This document shows positions 40,162 through 52,184 of a stretch of DNA of 64,000 nucleotides, piece by piece. Position 1 is the first letter of the stretch; the number at the start of each line of letters is the position of its first letter. The notes beneath the pieces were generated by a model. The model saw nothing but the letters and a program-made list of their open reading frames with translations. It did not search any database and had not been told where the DNA came from. The position numbers and the translations under genes are program-made. The DNA lies in NCBI GenBank assembly GCA_965240325.2, contig OZ251249.1, positions 62,001-126,000 on the forward strand. Direction: 5' to 3'. The stretch is from Rebecca billardiae RCC1528 (Eukaryota > Protista > Haptophyta).

Positions 40162-42531
40162 CTAGCCGATCCCTGCGCGGGGAAGGGAGCTGAGGGGACT
40201 GTCATCGAGCCCAGTAGCTGGGCAGGGGTCTGGGCCACTGGCCCTGGCAGCGAGGCGCCTGTATTTCACTCGTGCAGCTATGGAGGCAGAGGGGGTCATG
40301 TCAGACATGTGTGCTACATCGGGCATCAAGTCCGGGCGTGGGCCGCTGTAGGAAGCAAGCAAAGTGGTGGCGATGGCTAATACACCTGGGGAGGTGTCGT
40401 TCGCTCGCCTCTTCCTGCTGCGCTGTGCAGGGGGTAGCGTGCTCCGCTGCGGCACATTTGCCTGGCGGGGTGGGCAGTGTCGTTTGGGCGGGGGGCTGTC
40501 CTGCTGCGCTTGACTAGGAGGAGGCAGCCCGCGCCTGGGGGCTGCCGGTGGCCTGGCAGAGCCAGCAGGCGGCTGTGCGGCCTGCTGTCCAGTGTCTGAC
40601 TGTGTAAGGTCGCTGTGAGCTCCGTTACCAGTGTGACTGCCAGCAGCCGGGTCTGCCTCCATCTCAGGGCCCCCATGTGTCAACATATTGTCCGGCGGAC
40701 CCACATTGCTGCGAGCCAGCGGGGTGGCATATTGGAGCTGCCATGCCACAAGAGGTGTGGCAGGCTGCAGAGGCCACGCAATCACCATAGGGAGGGGGCG
40801 AGCACGCTGAAGGGGCCACGCCTGCGAGAGTGACTGGGGGCGCACGTGGTGACCGCGCGCTATGGGCTGGTGCAGGTTGGCCTGCCCCGCGCCTGCCTGC
40901 CAGCCCTGGCCAGCCTGGGCAGGGGGTTGCTGCTGGATGACAGGTGGTCCTTGCAACTGATTATTCATGGCAATCGCCCCTCCTGGGCCTGCCTGTGCCT
41001 GTGGGGGTGGGGGCTGCCCCCCTGGGCCGTGCCCAGGCGGCGGCCGAAGCTCCCTGGCATGTCGAAGGAGACGTCCTGCCTTCGACAGCTGGGAGTCCAC
41101 GTCCTTGCGGGCCTGCATGATGCCTAGCCCTGCCTTCAGTAAGGCCACGTGCATGGTCCTGCCGAGATGCACGTTGCCCCCCACAGTGGTCTTCAGTGTG
41201 CTGGGCACCCTGCCCATGAGAGCAGCCCCAGAGCACACGTGACGTGCCAAGTTCCATGCTGCAGCCTGTCCCTGCATGAATGGCTCAATTACATGCGATA
41301 CGCTTCTGGCAGCAGCCATTCGGTAGGCATCGACCTCAGGGCACTCAGAGAAGAGGTGGTGCTCAGTATCTGGCGCTGGATGTAGCAGTGGAGCATGATC
41401 GCAGAGGGGGCAGGCATCGCTAAATGCCGCCCCCGACTGGAATCGCACAGAGAGCAACGTCGGGTCTCGCAAGGCAGCAGGCTGCAGGAACTCATATCCG
41501 TGGTGGAGTATGTAGTAGGCAGGCACAGTGTTGGCCTGCCAGGTCCGTAGTACGCCAGTGGAGGCCTCTGGCCACACGCCGGTCCATTCACCCACCAAGT
41601 CACAGCTGGACTTGGTGACTTGCAGGTGGGTTGCCCTTTGTGATAGCACACTGTCATACACAAGGGGCTTGATTCGGCCTGCCACTGGCTCTCCATCGGC
41701 CAGCTGTACCATTGCATGGGAACCCGCATTTGGGTGGCCACCTCTCTTGTGAGTCACACAGGGGGTTGCGGGGTCAGAGCAGCAGTGCTTGGCCCCCGCA
41801 TCGCTGCATGCGTTGAGCAGGGTTTTGGGGTTCATCCCTGCTTGGCGCAAAGCCGCCACACTGTGTTGGCTGACAGTGCAGTGCTGGTCCCCCGGGTTGT
41901 GTGTGAGGCTGAGGTGTCGCGCAGCAGCATCGTCAGCAGAGTGCGCCTTGACATGCTCGAATGAAGTGGTGCTGCCATGCCGCAAGCGGCGCCAGCCCAC
42001 CAGGCTCATGACCCTGGCGATGTATGGGGCGTACGTGTGGTGCCCCTGCCGAAGCCGTCGGTCCCAGGGGTCGTTTTGCCACATTTCGGCGGCCTTTACC
42101 ATTTCCTGCAGGTCAGTGCACACCAGCAGGTTGGCGGTGGGGTCTATCTGCACCAATGCATCTGTGATGGCCATGAATTCGGCTGGGCCTGGTGCCTGGT
42201 GCCCCGCGAACTTGGAGCAATACACATGCACAGGGGCAGTGTAATTGTTGCCGTTGAAGAAGGAAAAGGCACACGCTGCCTGCCCGTTCTCTGCATCGAA
42301 TGAGCCGTCCGTGGCCACCATTAGCATGCCAGGCACAGGAAGTGCAGGCAGATGGCGGGGATTGGGTGGATCACAGACAGTACGCTTGGCGGCAGGCACG
42401 TGCCCCAGGTACCTGTAGTAGCTCTGGTCGGTCAGGACTGCCCTCAGCATATCCCTCACTGCCAGTATCACCGCCGGGCGGGACCTATGTGGCAGTGAGG
42501 ACAGCTCCGCATAGAACGCAGTGGAGACCAT
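40162..42531 (-). CDS. LINE ORF2 C-terminal part (frameshifted): RNase H plus zinc knuckle
   Basis: ATDGS, AEFMAI, CTD, HVKAH and NACSDAGAK form the RNase H set; CPLC..EHHLFSEC is the knuckle. Confidence 0.85.
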   Translation of the reverse strand: MVSTAFYAELSSLPHRSRPAVILAVRDMLRAVLTDQSYYRYLGHVPAAKRTVCDPPNPRHLPALPVPGMLMVATDGSFDAENGQAACAFSFFNGNNYTAPVHVYCSKFAGHQAPGPAEFMAITDALVQIDPTANLLVCTDLQEMVKAAEMWQNDPWDRRLRQGHHTYAPYIARVMSLVGWRRLRHGSTTSFEHVKAHSADDAAARHLSLTHNPGDQHCTVSQHSVAALRQAGMNPKTLLNACSDAGAKHCCSDPATPCVTHKRGGHPNAGSHAMVQLADGEPVAGRIKPLVYDSVLSQRATHLQVTKSSCDLVGEWTGVWPEASTGVLRTWQANTVPAYYILHHGYEFLQPAALRDPTLLSVRFQSGAAFSDACPLCDHAPLLHPAPDTEHHLFSECPEVDAYRMAAARSVSHVIEPFMQGQAAAWNLARHVCSGAALMGRVPSTLKTTVGGNVHLGRTMHVALLKAGLGIMQARKDVDSQLSKAGRLLRHARELRPPPGHGPGGQPPPPQAQAGPGGAIAMNNQLQGPPVIQQQPPAQAGQGWQAGAGQANLHQPIARGHHVRPQSLSQAWPLQRARPLPMVIAWPLQPATPLVAWQLQYATPLARSNVGPPDNMLTHGGPEMEADPAAGSHTGNGAHSDLTQSDTGQQAAQPPAGSARPPAAPRRGLPPPSQAQQDSPPPKRHCPPRQANVPQRSTLPPAQRSRKRRANDTSPGVLAIATTLLASYSGPRPDLMPDVAHMSDMTPSASIAARVKYRRLAARASGPDPCPATGLDDSPLSSLPRAGIG

Positions 42532-45500
42532 CTAGCTGTCTTGGTGGCTGTTGCATGAGCACACCTAGCAACACGTGCTGGGTACCGTCCACCAGTGAGT
42601 GCTCGATCCGGCTGAGCATCTCTCCGTTCGCGTCAGGAAGGCCGTGTGGTGCCAAGCAGGGGAGGGCAGCTGCCCCTGGCATTGCGGCGAGTCTTGTATA
42701 TGCCCTGTGGGTCCGGTTTGTGGCCAGCATCCCGAGCCCGGGGGCCAGCTGCTGCATCAGCTTGCTGCCGAGATTCACTTCGGATGGGAGCAGTGCCCAC
42801 CCCATGCGTCGTACAGAATTTCTCCCGGTGACGATGGTGGAGGCAAATGTAGAGGCGCCGCGTACGCGCGCCCGTGCTGGGTGCTCTACTGATTGCAGGG
42901 CACCCATGGCTGCCATGGACGTGCGCGCACATAGCCCACGTGGGTCATCTGCCAGGAAGTGGTAGTACGCGTGTGCCTGGACACTCTCCAGGTGCGCATG
43001 TAGATTGATGAGGCCTAGGCCCAGGAACTGGGGAGGAAAGCACGCTGCCTCGTATGCGATGCGCCCTGGCAGGGCAGCACTCCTGACCACTGGCTCCACC
43101 ATGAGGCTTTGCAGCTGGTTGAGTCTGCCCCTGGACATGCCAACCACCTCGTAGAAGTAGAATAATATCGACGTGACATCCCACACAGTGAGCAGCTTTT
43201 TGGTCTCGGTGCAGCAGTCAGCTGCCTGCACCCGCGCGGCGGCTTTGGCCACTCTGGCCTTGAGACTGGCGAACATCCTGTCAGTTGCCAGATGAATGTT
43301 GGTCACCACCCCTGCATACGTGAAGTATTCGCCATCCTGCAACGTGTCTATGAGAGCAGCTTGTCCAGTTGCCCTGTTGATGACCTGTATTGGGTCCACC
43401 TGTGCGTGCCCAGGGGGCACATACACTGCCACCTTGGATTTGGGGTAGTTGGGCTCCATATCATAGTACCACAAAAAGTCGACGAGGTCCTGCATCATGG
43501 CTGTGATGTCTGCTCTGCTGTGCGCGTACAAATTGATATCGTCCATGATAGCAGTGGCCACCACTGTCACCTGCCCTGCAGCAGCGTCCGCGTCGTCTGA
43601 GCTGCATTTGGACTGTACATGGTACCCGCCATGCCTGCTCTTCAGGTACCTGAGGAACATGTTGATGAACAGGCAGAACTTAGTGGAGCTAGCAGGGTCA
43701 CCTTGCTTCGTGCCACACAGTAAGCGTACACTATCAGTGGGCCCATATGGCGTCCTCACCACCACATCATGCCCCTCTCCTAAGGAGCGCATGAGGGTAT
43801 AAAACATGGCTGGGTACCCATGGCTGCGGAAGCCATCCTCAATGCCTTGGTATGGCACAGTGTCGAAGGCTTTTTGAATGTCCATCAGTGCACAAAACAG
43901 CGTGCGCCGGGAACGGTGTGCATCGGCCACCACATTGGCAAAGACAGCGACTTGCTGTACCACTTGCCCACCCTCTCTGCTGGCAGCCTGTTCCGGCTCG
44001 ATTAGCCTGAGCCTGTCGGACGCAGCTTGCATGACGTTGTTTTGGTGTCTTGCCATGATTTTGTACACCACACTGTTGAGTGTTATGCCCCTGTAATTCC
44101 CGAGCACGTGCATATCCCCGTGCTTGTGTAGTGAGACAACCTCCCCTTGCTGGAGTCCGTCCAGAAGAGTCCCTGTCGCGTACATGACTGCGCAGAGATT
44201 AGATATAATAGTGGCGATCGGGCCAGGGTGTCCTGTCCCCTGTCCCCTGGCTGCCCCCTGCTGGGCACCAGTCTGCTGTGCAGCGTGCTGCCTGTGTGTG
44301 CGCGTGCCGCTTGGCAGTACAGGCTCGTCGCGCTCGGCATGGTGGCCTTCCAAGAGCTTGAGTACATTGTACTGTATGCCATCTGGACCAGGTGCCGAGT
44401 TGCCTCCCACCTCAGATGTGATGATGTGCCGTATTTGCGCGGGGGTGGGTGGCGTTCCGAGGGCGGTGACATATGCGTCCCCCGGATCAGTATGCCATGC
44501 GGCCCTAATGTCGTGCCACATATGACCTCCAGCGTGCCAAGGAGGCCTGCCCCCGGGCCGAGTGTATTGTCGCTCCAGAAGGCCCTGGTAGTGCCCCCTG
44601 TACTCCGATTTCACATCGTCAACGCTGGTGGCCAGTGCCCCATCGCTCCTTCTGACGATGGTAGGCAGTGTGATGGGGTCCTTGGCATACACCATGACAC
44701 GCAATTTATGCGAGTTCTTTTTGGTCTCAACCTTGACTTTGGCGAACCACGCCCTCTTTTGTTCCTCGGCCTGCTGCTGCCACACAGCTTTCACTTGCGC
44801 GCGGCTCGTCCTGCATTGCTGCTGCACGATTTGTCTCCAGCGCTGGTGGGACAGAAATGGCCCTACCGGCACCTGTCCGTGAGGCCCCATTGCCACTTGT
44901 ATCCAGTGCTGGGACTGTGCAGCTCCAGTGCCCCAGGTCCGCTCGTACCTGCGCACTGCTCTGCGCACTGCTGGACCAGCTGGCAGCCCAGCAGCTGCTC
45001 TGTTAGCCAGAATATCGCCTGCATGCAGCGCAGCAGAAGCAGCATCTGCTTTGGATTTGTGTTGACCCGCTGCTGCGCCCGCTGTGGCTGGTCGGATCTT
45101 CAGGGGCGTGTCTGGTTGTCCGTCATATACACTGGGTTGCTCCAGTACAGTTGCCATGTCCCTGGTGGCCAGTGTGGTCAGGTGTCTCAGCGTTGTCAGC
45201 GCAGTGGCTGCTGTCGTCACCAGCGAAGGTTGCACCAGCATATGTGCCGGCACTGGGGCCTCAGCAAAGTCCGCAATGTGTAGTGGCAGGCCCTCCATCC
45301 ACATCGCAAGCAGCTGTTTGGCTTTATTCCAGTCAGGTGACGTCTTTCCCAGGTCCACGCGTATGTGCCTGGGAGGTTGCACTGGTGAGGCCAGTACTGC
45401 AGCAGCGCCGCGCAGTGCCACCGAGTGAATCCGGCCATATATTGGGACGTGTGCTCCTGGCATTCGCAGGGTGGCCTTTTCCGATATGTCCATGTGTCCG

Positions 45501-45961
45501 GTGTGCCCAACTGTGTCCATGTTGGAGAATATGTAGTCAATCACAGATCGATCCGCCCCATTGCCGTCCTCCCTGTGTGCAGTGATGAATGTGGGCCTTT
45601 CGAGCGTGTCCCATCGTGTGGTGCTGGGTATTTGGTTGAAGAGGTGGTCAGCGTCTGTCATGTATGTGCGGAACACTACCTTGGGGGTAGCCCCCTCCCC
45701 TGCGTTGCTGTCGTGCATGTGCCCATTTCCATCGCATGCTACCAATTGCAGCCTGGCAGCATGCCTGGCTACGTGCACAGCATGAGTCCGCATGTTGCCA
45801 GCTGTGGGAAGGCCTATGCATGTGCCTGTACGAAGGTGGTTGACTATGTGTGGAAGCAGCAGGTGCTGCCGTTCCTCATCATGCGGGTTGTAGAAGCAGC
45901 ACACCCACATGGGGACAGCCAGTGACGAAATATACGCTCGAATTGATGTAGCAGTGGGCAC
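42485..45961 (-). CDS. LINE ORF2 N-terminal part: partial APE endonuclease plus reverse transcriptase
   Basis: APE motifs CDGN, PTF, SVIDYIF and AHVPI; RT motifs SAPGPDGI, NYRGITL, DIQKAFDTV, GTKQGDPAS, IMDD and FTYAGV. Confidence 0.88.
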   Translation of the reverse strand: MPTATSIRAYISSLAVPMWVCCFYNPHDEERQHLLLPHIVNHLRTGTCIGLPTAGNMRTHAVHVARHAARLQLVACDGNGHMHDSNAGEGATPKVVFRTYMTDADHLFNQIPSTTRWDTLERPTFITAHREDGNGADRSVIDYIFSNMDTVGHTGHMDISEKATLRMPGAHVPIYGRIHSVALRGAAAVLASPVQPPRHIRVDLGKTSPDWNKAKQLLAMWMEGLPLHIADFAEAPVPAHMLVQPSLVTTAATALTTLRHLTTLATRDMATVLEQPSVYDGQPDTPLKIRPATAGAAAGQHKSKADAASAALHAGDILANRAAAGLPAGPAVRRAVRRYERTWGTGAAQSQHWIQVAMGPHGQVPVGPFLSHQRWRQIVQQQCRTSRAQVKAVWQQQAEEQKRAWFAKVKVETKKNSHKLRVMVYAKDPITLPTIVRRSDGALATSVDDVKSEYRGHYQGLLERQYTRPGGRPPWHAGGHMWHDIRAAWHTDPGDAYVTALGTPPTPAQIRHIITSEVGGNSAPGPDGIQYNVLKLLEGHHAERDEPVLPSGTRTHRQHAAQQTGAQQGAARGQGTGHPGPIATIISNLCAVMYATGTLLDGLQQGEVVSLHKHGDMHVLGNYRGITLNSVVYKIMARHQNNVMQAASDRLRLIEPEQAASREGGQVVQQVAVFANVVADAHRSRRTLFCALMDIQKAFDTVPYQGIEDGFRSHGYPAMFYTLMRSLGEGHDVVVRTPYGPTDSVRLLCGTKQGDPASSTKFCLFINMFLRYLKSRHGGYHVQSKCSSDDADAAAGQVTVVATAIMDDINLYAHSRADITAMMQDLVDFLWYYDMEPNYPKSKVAVYVPPGHAQVDPIQVINRATGQAALIDTLQDGEYFTYAGVVTNIHLATDRMFASLKARVAKAAARVQAADCCTETKKLLTVWDVTSILFYFYEVVGMSRGRLNQLQSLMVEPVVRSAALPGRIAYEAACFPPQFLGLGLINLHAHLESVQAHAYYHFLADDPRGLCARTSMAAMGALQSVEHPARARVRGASTFASTIVTGRNSVRRMGWALLPSEVNLGSKLMQQLAPGLGMLATNRTHRAYTRLAAMPGAAALPCLAPHGLPDANGEMLSRIEHSLVDGTQHVLLGVLMQQPPRQLDGLHCVLCGAVLTAT

Positions 45962-46410
45962 TTGGCCGACTTCGGGCGGCCGTGCTGACGACGACTAACT
46001 ACGAAAGTGATGTCCAGAGTAGTGAATCCACGGCCACCAGGGGCTTATCCCGGCATCAACGGTGAAGAGATGGGGGCGCGGGGCGGGGGCTCACTGGCAC
46101 CACGGACTGCCTCCCGAAGCGGCTAGGCTGCGGCGGCCCAGCCGAGCCGCACGGGCGCCACCGGCGCAGCGGCCCGGCTGGCTGCCCGAGGCCGAGGGCC
46201 CATCGGACCTAGGCCCGAGCCGAGCCGCGCATGTGCGCTGGCCGTCCAGAGACGACCGCCGTCGCACGCGCCGGGTCGCGCAGCGGTCGTCGCGCGCGAC
46301 GCCGCCCGCGCGAGAGCGGGCGGCGGCGGCGGCGTGGGGCAGGGCGGGGCGTGACGTGTGTGCTGCTGCGTGCCGCCGCCGCCGGCGGCTGCCCGCAGCT
46401 CTTGCGGCGC

Positions 46411-49316
46411 TCACTGCTGCGGCGGCTGCGGCGGCAGCGGCGGCGGCTGCGAGCCGCCAAACATGTCCATGCCGCTCGGGTCGTAGTAGGCGCCGCCCAT
46501 GTGCAGCCCGTCGGCGTAGCCGCCGCCGCCGAACACGGCGCCGCCGCCGAACGGCGCGAGCCCGTGGTGCCCCGGGTGGTAGTGCCCGAGCATCCGGCCG
46601 CCGTGCTGCCCGTGCTGCTGCGCCTGCGCCTGCGCCTGCGCCTGCTGCTGCTGCGCCAGCTGCTGCTGCAGCGCGGCGAGCTGCGCGGCCGCGTGCGCCT
46701 GCGCTTGCGCGTGCGCGTGCGCGTGCGCCTGCGCGTGCGCGTGGGCGTGCGCCTGCGCCTGCGCCTGCGCCGCGTACTGGTGCGCCGGCGGCGCCTGGCC
46801 CCCGGCCCCCGGCGGCGGGCCGCCGCCGGGCTCAAACGGCCGGCCGCCAAACGCGCCGCCGCCGCCGGACGCGTCGTACTGCGCGCCGCCGCCGTACATC
46901 GCGCCGTCCGCCCACGGCGGCGCGTTGGCACTCATGCCGCTGCCGCCGCCCACGAGGCCGAGGCCGGCGACCCACTGCGCGCCGCCGCCCGAGCCAAACC
47001 CGCCGCCCGCCGTCGAGTGCGGCGGCTGCTGCGGCTGCGGCTGCGGCGGCGGAGGCTGCCGCGGCGGCGGCTGCGCCGGCTGCTGCGCCGGCGGCTGCCC
47101 GCCCCACATCACGCCGCCGCCGCCGCCGCCGTGCGAGCCGTCGGCCGCGGCCGCCGCGCTCGCGCCGCCGCCGCCGCCAAACAACCCGTGCGCCGCCGCG
47201 GCGGACGGGCCCGAGGACGCGGGCGGCTGGCCGACAGGGCCGCCGAGCGGCGCCCACGCGCCGCCCCCACCGCCCGCCGCCGCGGTGGGCGAGGGGCGGT
47301 CCATCTCGTCGAGGAGCCCGTTGGCGAGCAAAGCGGCGTGCACCGCCTGCGCCTCGTCGTCCATCAGGGCGCCAAAGCCGCCGTCCGCGCCGCCGCCGCC
47401 GCCGCCGCGCCCACCCCACAGCCCGCCGCCCAGCGCGCCGCCGTCCGCGCCCCAGCCGCCCATCGGCGGCGGCGCGTCCGGCGCCGCGCTCGCCGGCTGC
47501 TGCGCCGGCTGCGGCTGCTGCGGCGGCGACGGCGGTTGCTGCGGCGGCTGCGGCTGCGGCTGCGGCGGCGGCGACTGCGGCTGCGGCGGTGGCGCGGCCG
47601 CGCCCGCCGCGCTCACCGCCGCCGCGGGCTGCGCCGCCGTCTGCGGCGGCTGCGCGCCGCCCGCCGCCGGCTGCTGCGCGCCGACGGGCAGCGCGTTGGC
47701 CGCGACCGCCGCCGCGCCCGCGGCGGTGCAGTGCGCCCACGGCGCCTGCGCGGAGCGTCGCGCGCGCCGCGGGGTGCGCGTGAGCTGGCGTCGTGGGCGC
47801 GCGTCGCGGGGTCGCGGGGTCGCGCGCGCACCGGTCGGGTCACGGCGGGCGGCCCCGCGTTGGCGCCGTCCGCCGCCGCGGCCGCGGCCGCGAGCGCGGC
47901 CGCGGGCGGCGCCTGGCTCGCGGCCTGCAGCAGCTGCGCGTACGGCGGCAGCGCGCCGCCCTCAAAGGTGCCGACGCACGGGATGCCGCACAGGCTCAGC
48001 TTGTGCTGCCCGCGCACCGCCGCCGCCGCGTTCTCCACCGACGCCTGCCGCGCGCGCGCGCGCGATTCGCGCTTCGCATGAGAGCCGGTGCGCGCGCGCG
48101 ACCGCGCGCGCGCGCCGCGCGGTGCGCGCACCCACGAGTCGAGGATGAGCGCGGCGACGGGGCCGCTGAGCACGAGCTCGCGCCCGCCCGCGGGCGCGTT
48201 GGCGGGCGGCTGCAGCGGCAGCGCCGCGCTCGCCCACCAGCGCGCCCCGCCGCGCGCGCCCCCCAGCGGCAGCACGCGCACCAGCCCGCGCAGCCGGCCG
48301 AGCGCGTGCAGCAGTCCGGGCTCGCCCAGCCGGCCCGCGGCGAGGCCGAACCACTCCGCCGCCCAGCCCGAGCCCAGCGACGCGACGGAGCCCTGCGCGC
48401 GCGCGCGGGGGCGCGCGCCCTCGCGTCAGAGCCGCCCCTGCGCGTCTGCGCGCGTGTCTGCGCGCGCGCGCGCGCCTCACCTTGTGCACGATCCGAATGT
48501 CGAGCCGGGGCGCGGAGGCGAGCGAGGCGTCGTCGGACGAGCCGTCCGCCGCGGGGGCGCCCTCGGCGCCGTCGTTCCACTCGCCCGCCGCGGCGAGCAG
48601 CTCGTCCTCCGACTCGCTCTTCAGGATCAGGTTGGCCTGCGCGCGCTCGGCGCGCAGCGCGCGCATCGCGCGGCGGCGGCGCAGGCTCAGCGCGGAGCCG
48701 CGAGGCCGCGGAGCGGGCGGGCGGCGGCGATGGCGCGTGCGCGCACGAGGTACTTGGAGAGGTCGCGCTTCCGCCGCGCGCCGCGCTTCTGGTTCACCTC
48801 CTCGCGCTTGGCGATGCGCAGCAGCTTGAGCGCCTGCGCGCGGCAGACAGGCGCGCGGCGCGCGGCGCACGCGTGAGCGGCGGGCGGCGGGCAGCGCGCG
48901 CAGCGCGCGGAGGGGGGCGGCGCACCTTGGACACGCCCTTCTGCTGCGCGAGGTCCTGCAGCTGCTGCGCGACGGGCGGCGAGATCGCCATGCTCTGCAG
49001 CAGCCCCACCAGCTGCGCCGACCACGCGCGCAGCTGCTCGGGCGTGAGCGGCGCGCCCGCCGGCCCGCCGAGCGCGCCGCCCTCCTCGCCGTCCGGGAAG
49101 GGGCACTGGTTGGCGCGGTGGCCGGGGCGGTTGCACGTGAAGCAGAGCTCCTCGTCGGCGGCGTTGGGCGCGCTGCCCCCGCCGCCCGCCGCGCCGCTCC
49201 CGCCGCGCCCGCCGCCGCCCGAGCCGCGCTGCGGCGCGTGGTGGCCGTTGGCCGCGCCGCCGCCGCCGCCGCCGCCGCCGCGCGAGCCCGCGCCGCCGCC
49301 GCGCCCGCCCGCGCCC

Positions 49317-49362
<46 letters not shown>

Positions 49363-49410
49363 TCGACGGCGCGGGCGCGTTGTTCGCCGCGGCGGCCGCC
49401 CACGACTTGA

Positions 49411-49442
<32 letters not shown>

Positions 49443-49790
49443 GACGCCGCGGCGGCCGCGGCCGCGGACGCGCCGCGCGCGCCGCCTCCGCCGCCGCTCC
49501 CGCTCCCGCCGCCGCCGCCCCCGCCGCCGCCGCCGCTCGGCGCGTCGCGCGTCGGGTCGCGCCGCTTCGCGTGCGTCGCCTCCTCCTTGAGCGAGCGCCG
49601 CTTGTCCTCCGAGCCCTGCGTGAACTTGCGCGCGAGCGAGAGCGCGAACGCTGACGGGTTCTTGGCGGAGGAGGCGCGCCAGACGATGTAGTTGGCGAGC
49701 TCGGCGGCGGACGACTGGTGCACCTTGCGCACCTCCTCCGCCGCCTTGTCGTCCAGGATCGACAGGTCGGCGAGCTTTGGCGGCGGCTGC

Positions 49791-49828
<38 letters not shown>

Positions 49829-49888
49829 GCCGCCGCCGCTCCCGCTCCCGCCGCCGCCGCCGGCGGACGCGCCGCCGCCCTGCCGCAT
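46411..49888 (-). CDS. Multi-exon low-complexity protein with CCHC zinc knuckle (probable RNA-binding protein)
   Basis: CFTCNRPGHRANQC. The N-terminal helical segment LDDKAAEEVRK..KNPSAFALS is reminiscent of the hnRNP-Q acidic domain. GT..CAG introns (e.g. donor at 48925) and a G/Q/P-rich tail. Exon boundaries are approximate. Confidence 0.7.
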
Positions 49889-50204
49889 GGCGCTCACCGT
49901 CCCCGCCCGCCTGCTCGTCTGCCGCGAGCCGCCGGGGCACGGAGCGCGTGTGCTGCCGCACGCGCCCGGCTCCGCTCCTGTCTGTGTGCAGGTGCCGCGC
50001 TCGCCCGCGGGTGGCGCCCGCCCCTGTGTGTGCTGGGCTCGACGGCGCGAGCCGCGCGCTGGGCTGGGGCCAGCCCCGCCGGACTCTTCGACGGGCGGGC
50101 GGGATTCCGCGTGACGTGCCCCACGCCCGGAGCTTGTGACTACCACAACCGCGACTAAACGGCCCGGCCGCGCCGGACTCTTCTCTTCCATCGGGCGCCA
50201 GTCG

Positions 50205-52152
50205 TCAGACCATCGCCGCCGCCGCGCGCCGCGCCGCGTGCGGCGGCGCGCCGGCGGGCGCGGCGTCGGCGTGCGCCTCGCGCCGCGCGGCGCACGGCAG
50301 GCGGAGCGCGTGCGGCTTGAGGCTCGCGAGCAGCAGCGCGAACGCCAGCGCGCGCAGCCCCAGCCCGATGCCGAGGAGCGCGAGCAGGTGCGACGCGCAG
50401 AGCGACGGCAGCGGCGCGCGCGCGGCGCACAGCGCGCCGCCCGACGCGCCCGCGGCCTGCATCGACGCGTCCCACGCGAGCAGCGCGCCCAGCCCGTACT
50501 CGGACGGCGCGGCCACCCGCCCCGCCTCGCCCACGTCCGCGCACGCCGGCACGATCCCCATCGAGTGCAGGAAGAGCGCGCCCAGACGCGCGTGGTACGC
50601 GGACGGCATGCGCACCAGCTCGCACGAGACGACGCACTCGACGCCCCAGCGGCCGAAGGAGAGGGCGAGCGCGAGCTGGGTCAGCGGGCTCCCCTCCGCC
50701 TCCGCCAGCGTCGGCGCGTTGCCCGCGAGGAAGCCTGCGCGCGCGCGCGCGGCGGCGGCGGCGCCAGGCGGTCAGCCGGGCCTCGGCCGCGCGCGGCGCG
50801 GCGCGGCGCGCGCGCACCGGTGCAGAAGCAGACGATGAAGCCGCAGAGGACGGCGGAGAGCGAGGGCGGCGCGGCCACCGAGCACACGTACCCCACGCCC
50901 GACGCGCACAGCATCACGCCCTGCGCGCGGCGCGCGGCGCGCGCGGCCGTGAGCGCGCGCGGCGCCGCGAGCCACGGCGGAGCGCGGCGCGGCGCGGCGG
51001 CGCACCGAGAACAGGAGGCTGAGCTCGGCGGTGCCGACGTTCGAGTCGGCCACGTCGGCGTAGACGAGGCAGAACGCGAGCACGTGCAGCCCGAGCGGCA
51101 CGAGCTCGACCAGCAGCCGGCTCGCCAGCAGAGGCCCCACCGGCAGACCGGCCGCCACCTCGCGCGCGCTCACCAGTCGGTCCGCCTCGAGCACGCGCAC
51201 CGACGCGAGGCCGACGTTGAGGGAGAAGGCGCAGACGATGAGCGCGTAGACGGTGGGCAGCCGCTCGAGCTTGGCGGGGACCTGGCCGCGCGCGAGCACG
51301 CCCGTGAGCAGCGCGAGCCCCGCCGTGCCGCACAGCTCCGCCGCCACGCTGCCGCCGCTCCGCAGCCGCGCGCGCGCGTGCGACCGCACGCACGCGGCCA
51401 GCGCCGCGCGCCACCGGATCGGCCGCCGCCGCTCGATCGAGAGCGAGCGCTCGTAGCCGCGCACGGCCCAGACGGGGACGGGCGCCTTGGAGTCGGGGCC
51501 GTCGGGGTGCAGCGCCGCCCAGTGCGCGCGGATCTCGCCGAGCGACTCCGCCGCGGGCACCGCGGCCGGCGCCGGCTCGACCGCGGCCGCGCCGTCGGCC
51601 GGCGGTCGCGCGCGCGGCGTGCGCGCAGACACGGGCGTGGGCGGCGCGTCGGCGGACGCGGCGGCGGCGTCGGCGGCGGCGCTCGAGCCGCGCCGCGCCG
51701 GCGCGAACGAGCGCCGGCGGTACTCCGCGAACGCCGCAAAGTCGAGCAGCGCGTCCGCGGGCGACTCGGCGAGCGCGGACGCGGCCGAGCCGCCCGACGC
51801 GGCCGCGGCCGAGCGCAGCAGCCGCAGCGCGGGCGAGGCGCGCGCCGCGCCGTCGCCGTCGGCGTCGTCGTCGTCGAAGAGGCCGGCGGCGCCCACCTCG
51901 GCCGAGAGCCGCGGCGCCTCGGGCGGCGAGGCCGGCGGGCTCGCGCCGCGCAGGTCGACGCCGCCGCCGCCGCCGAGCGCGGCGGCGGCGCGCGCGGCCG
52001 CGGCCGTGAGCGAGACGGCGGGCGCGGCCGCGGCCGCGGCCCTCGGCGGCGTGGGCGCGCGCCGCCCGCGCCGCGCGGCCGCGGAGGAGGGCGGCTGCTC
52101 GGAGCGCGTGCGCGCGATCGCGACGACGCCGCGCGCGCCCGCCGCCGCGCCC

Positions 52153-52184
<32 letters not shown>

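Larger units (their letters stand above)
39819..45965 (-). mobile_element. 5'-truncated LINE (APE endonuclease, RT, RNase H, CCHC)
   Basis: Two overlapping ORFs (below), a ~340-bp 3' UTR ending ...AAAACTCTGAAAAA, and lower GC with fewer CpG than the flanks. No TSD found. Confidence 0.88.
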
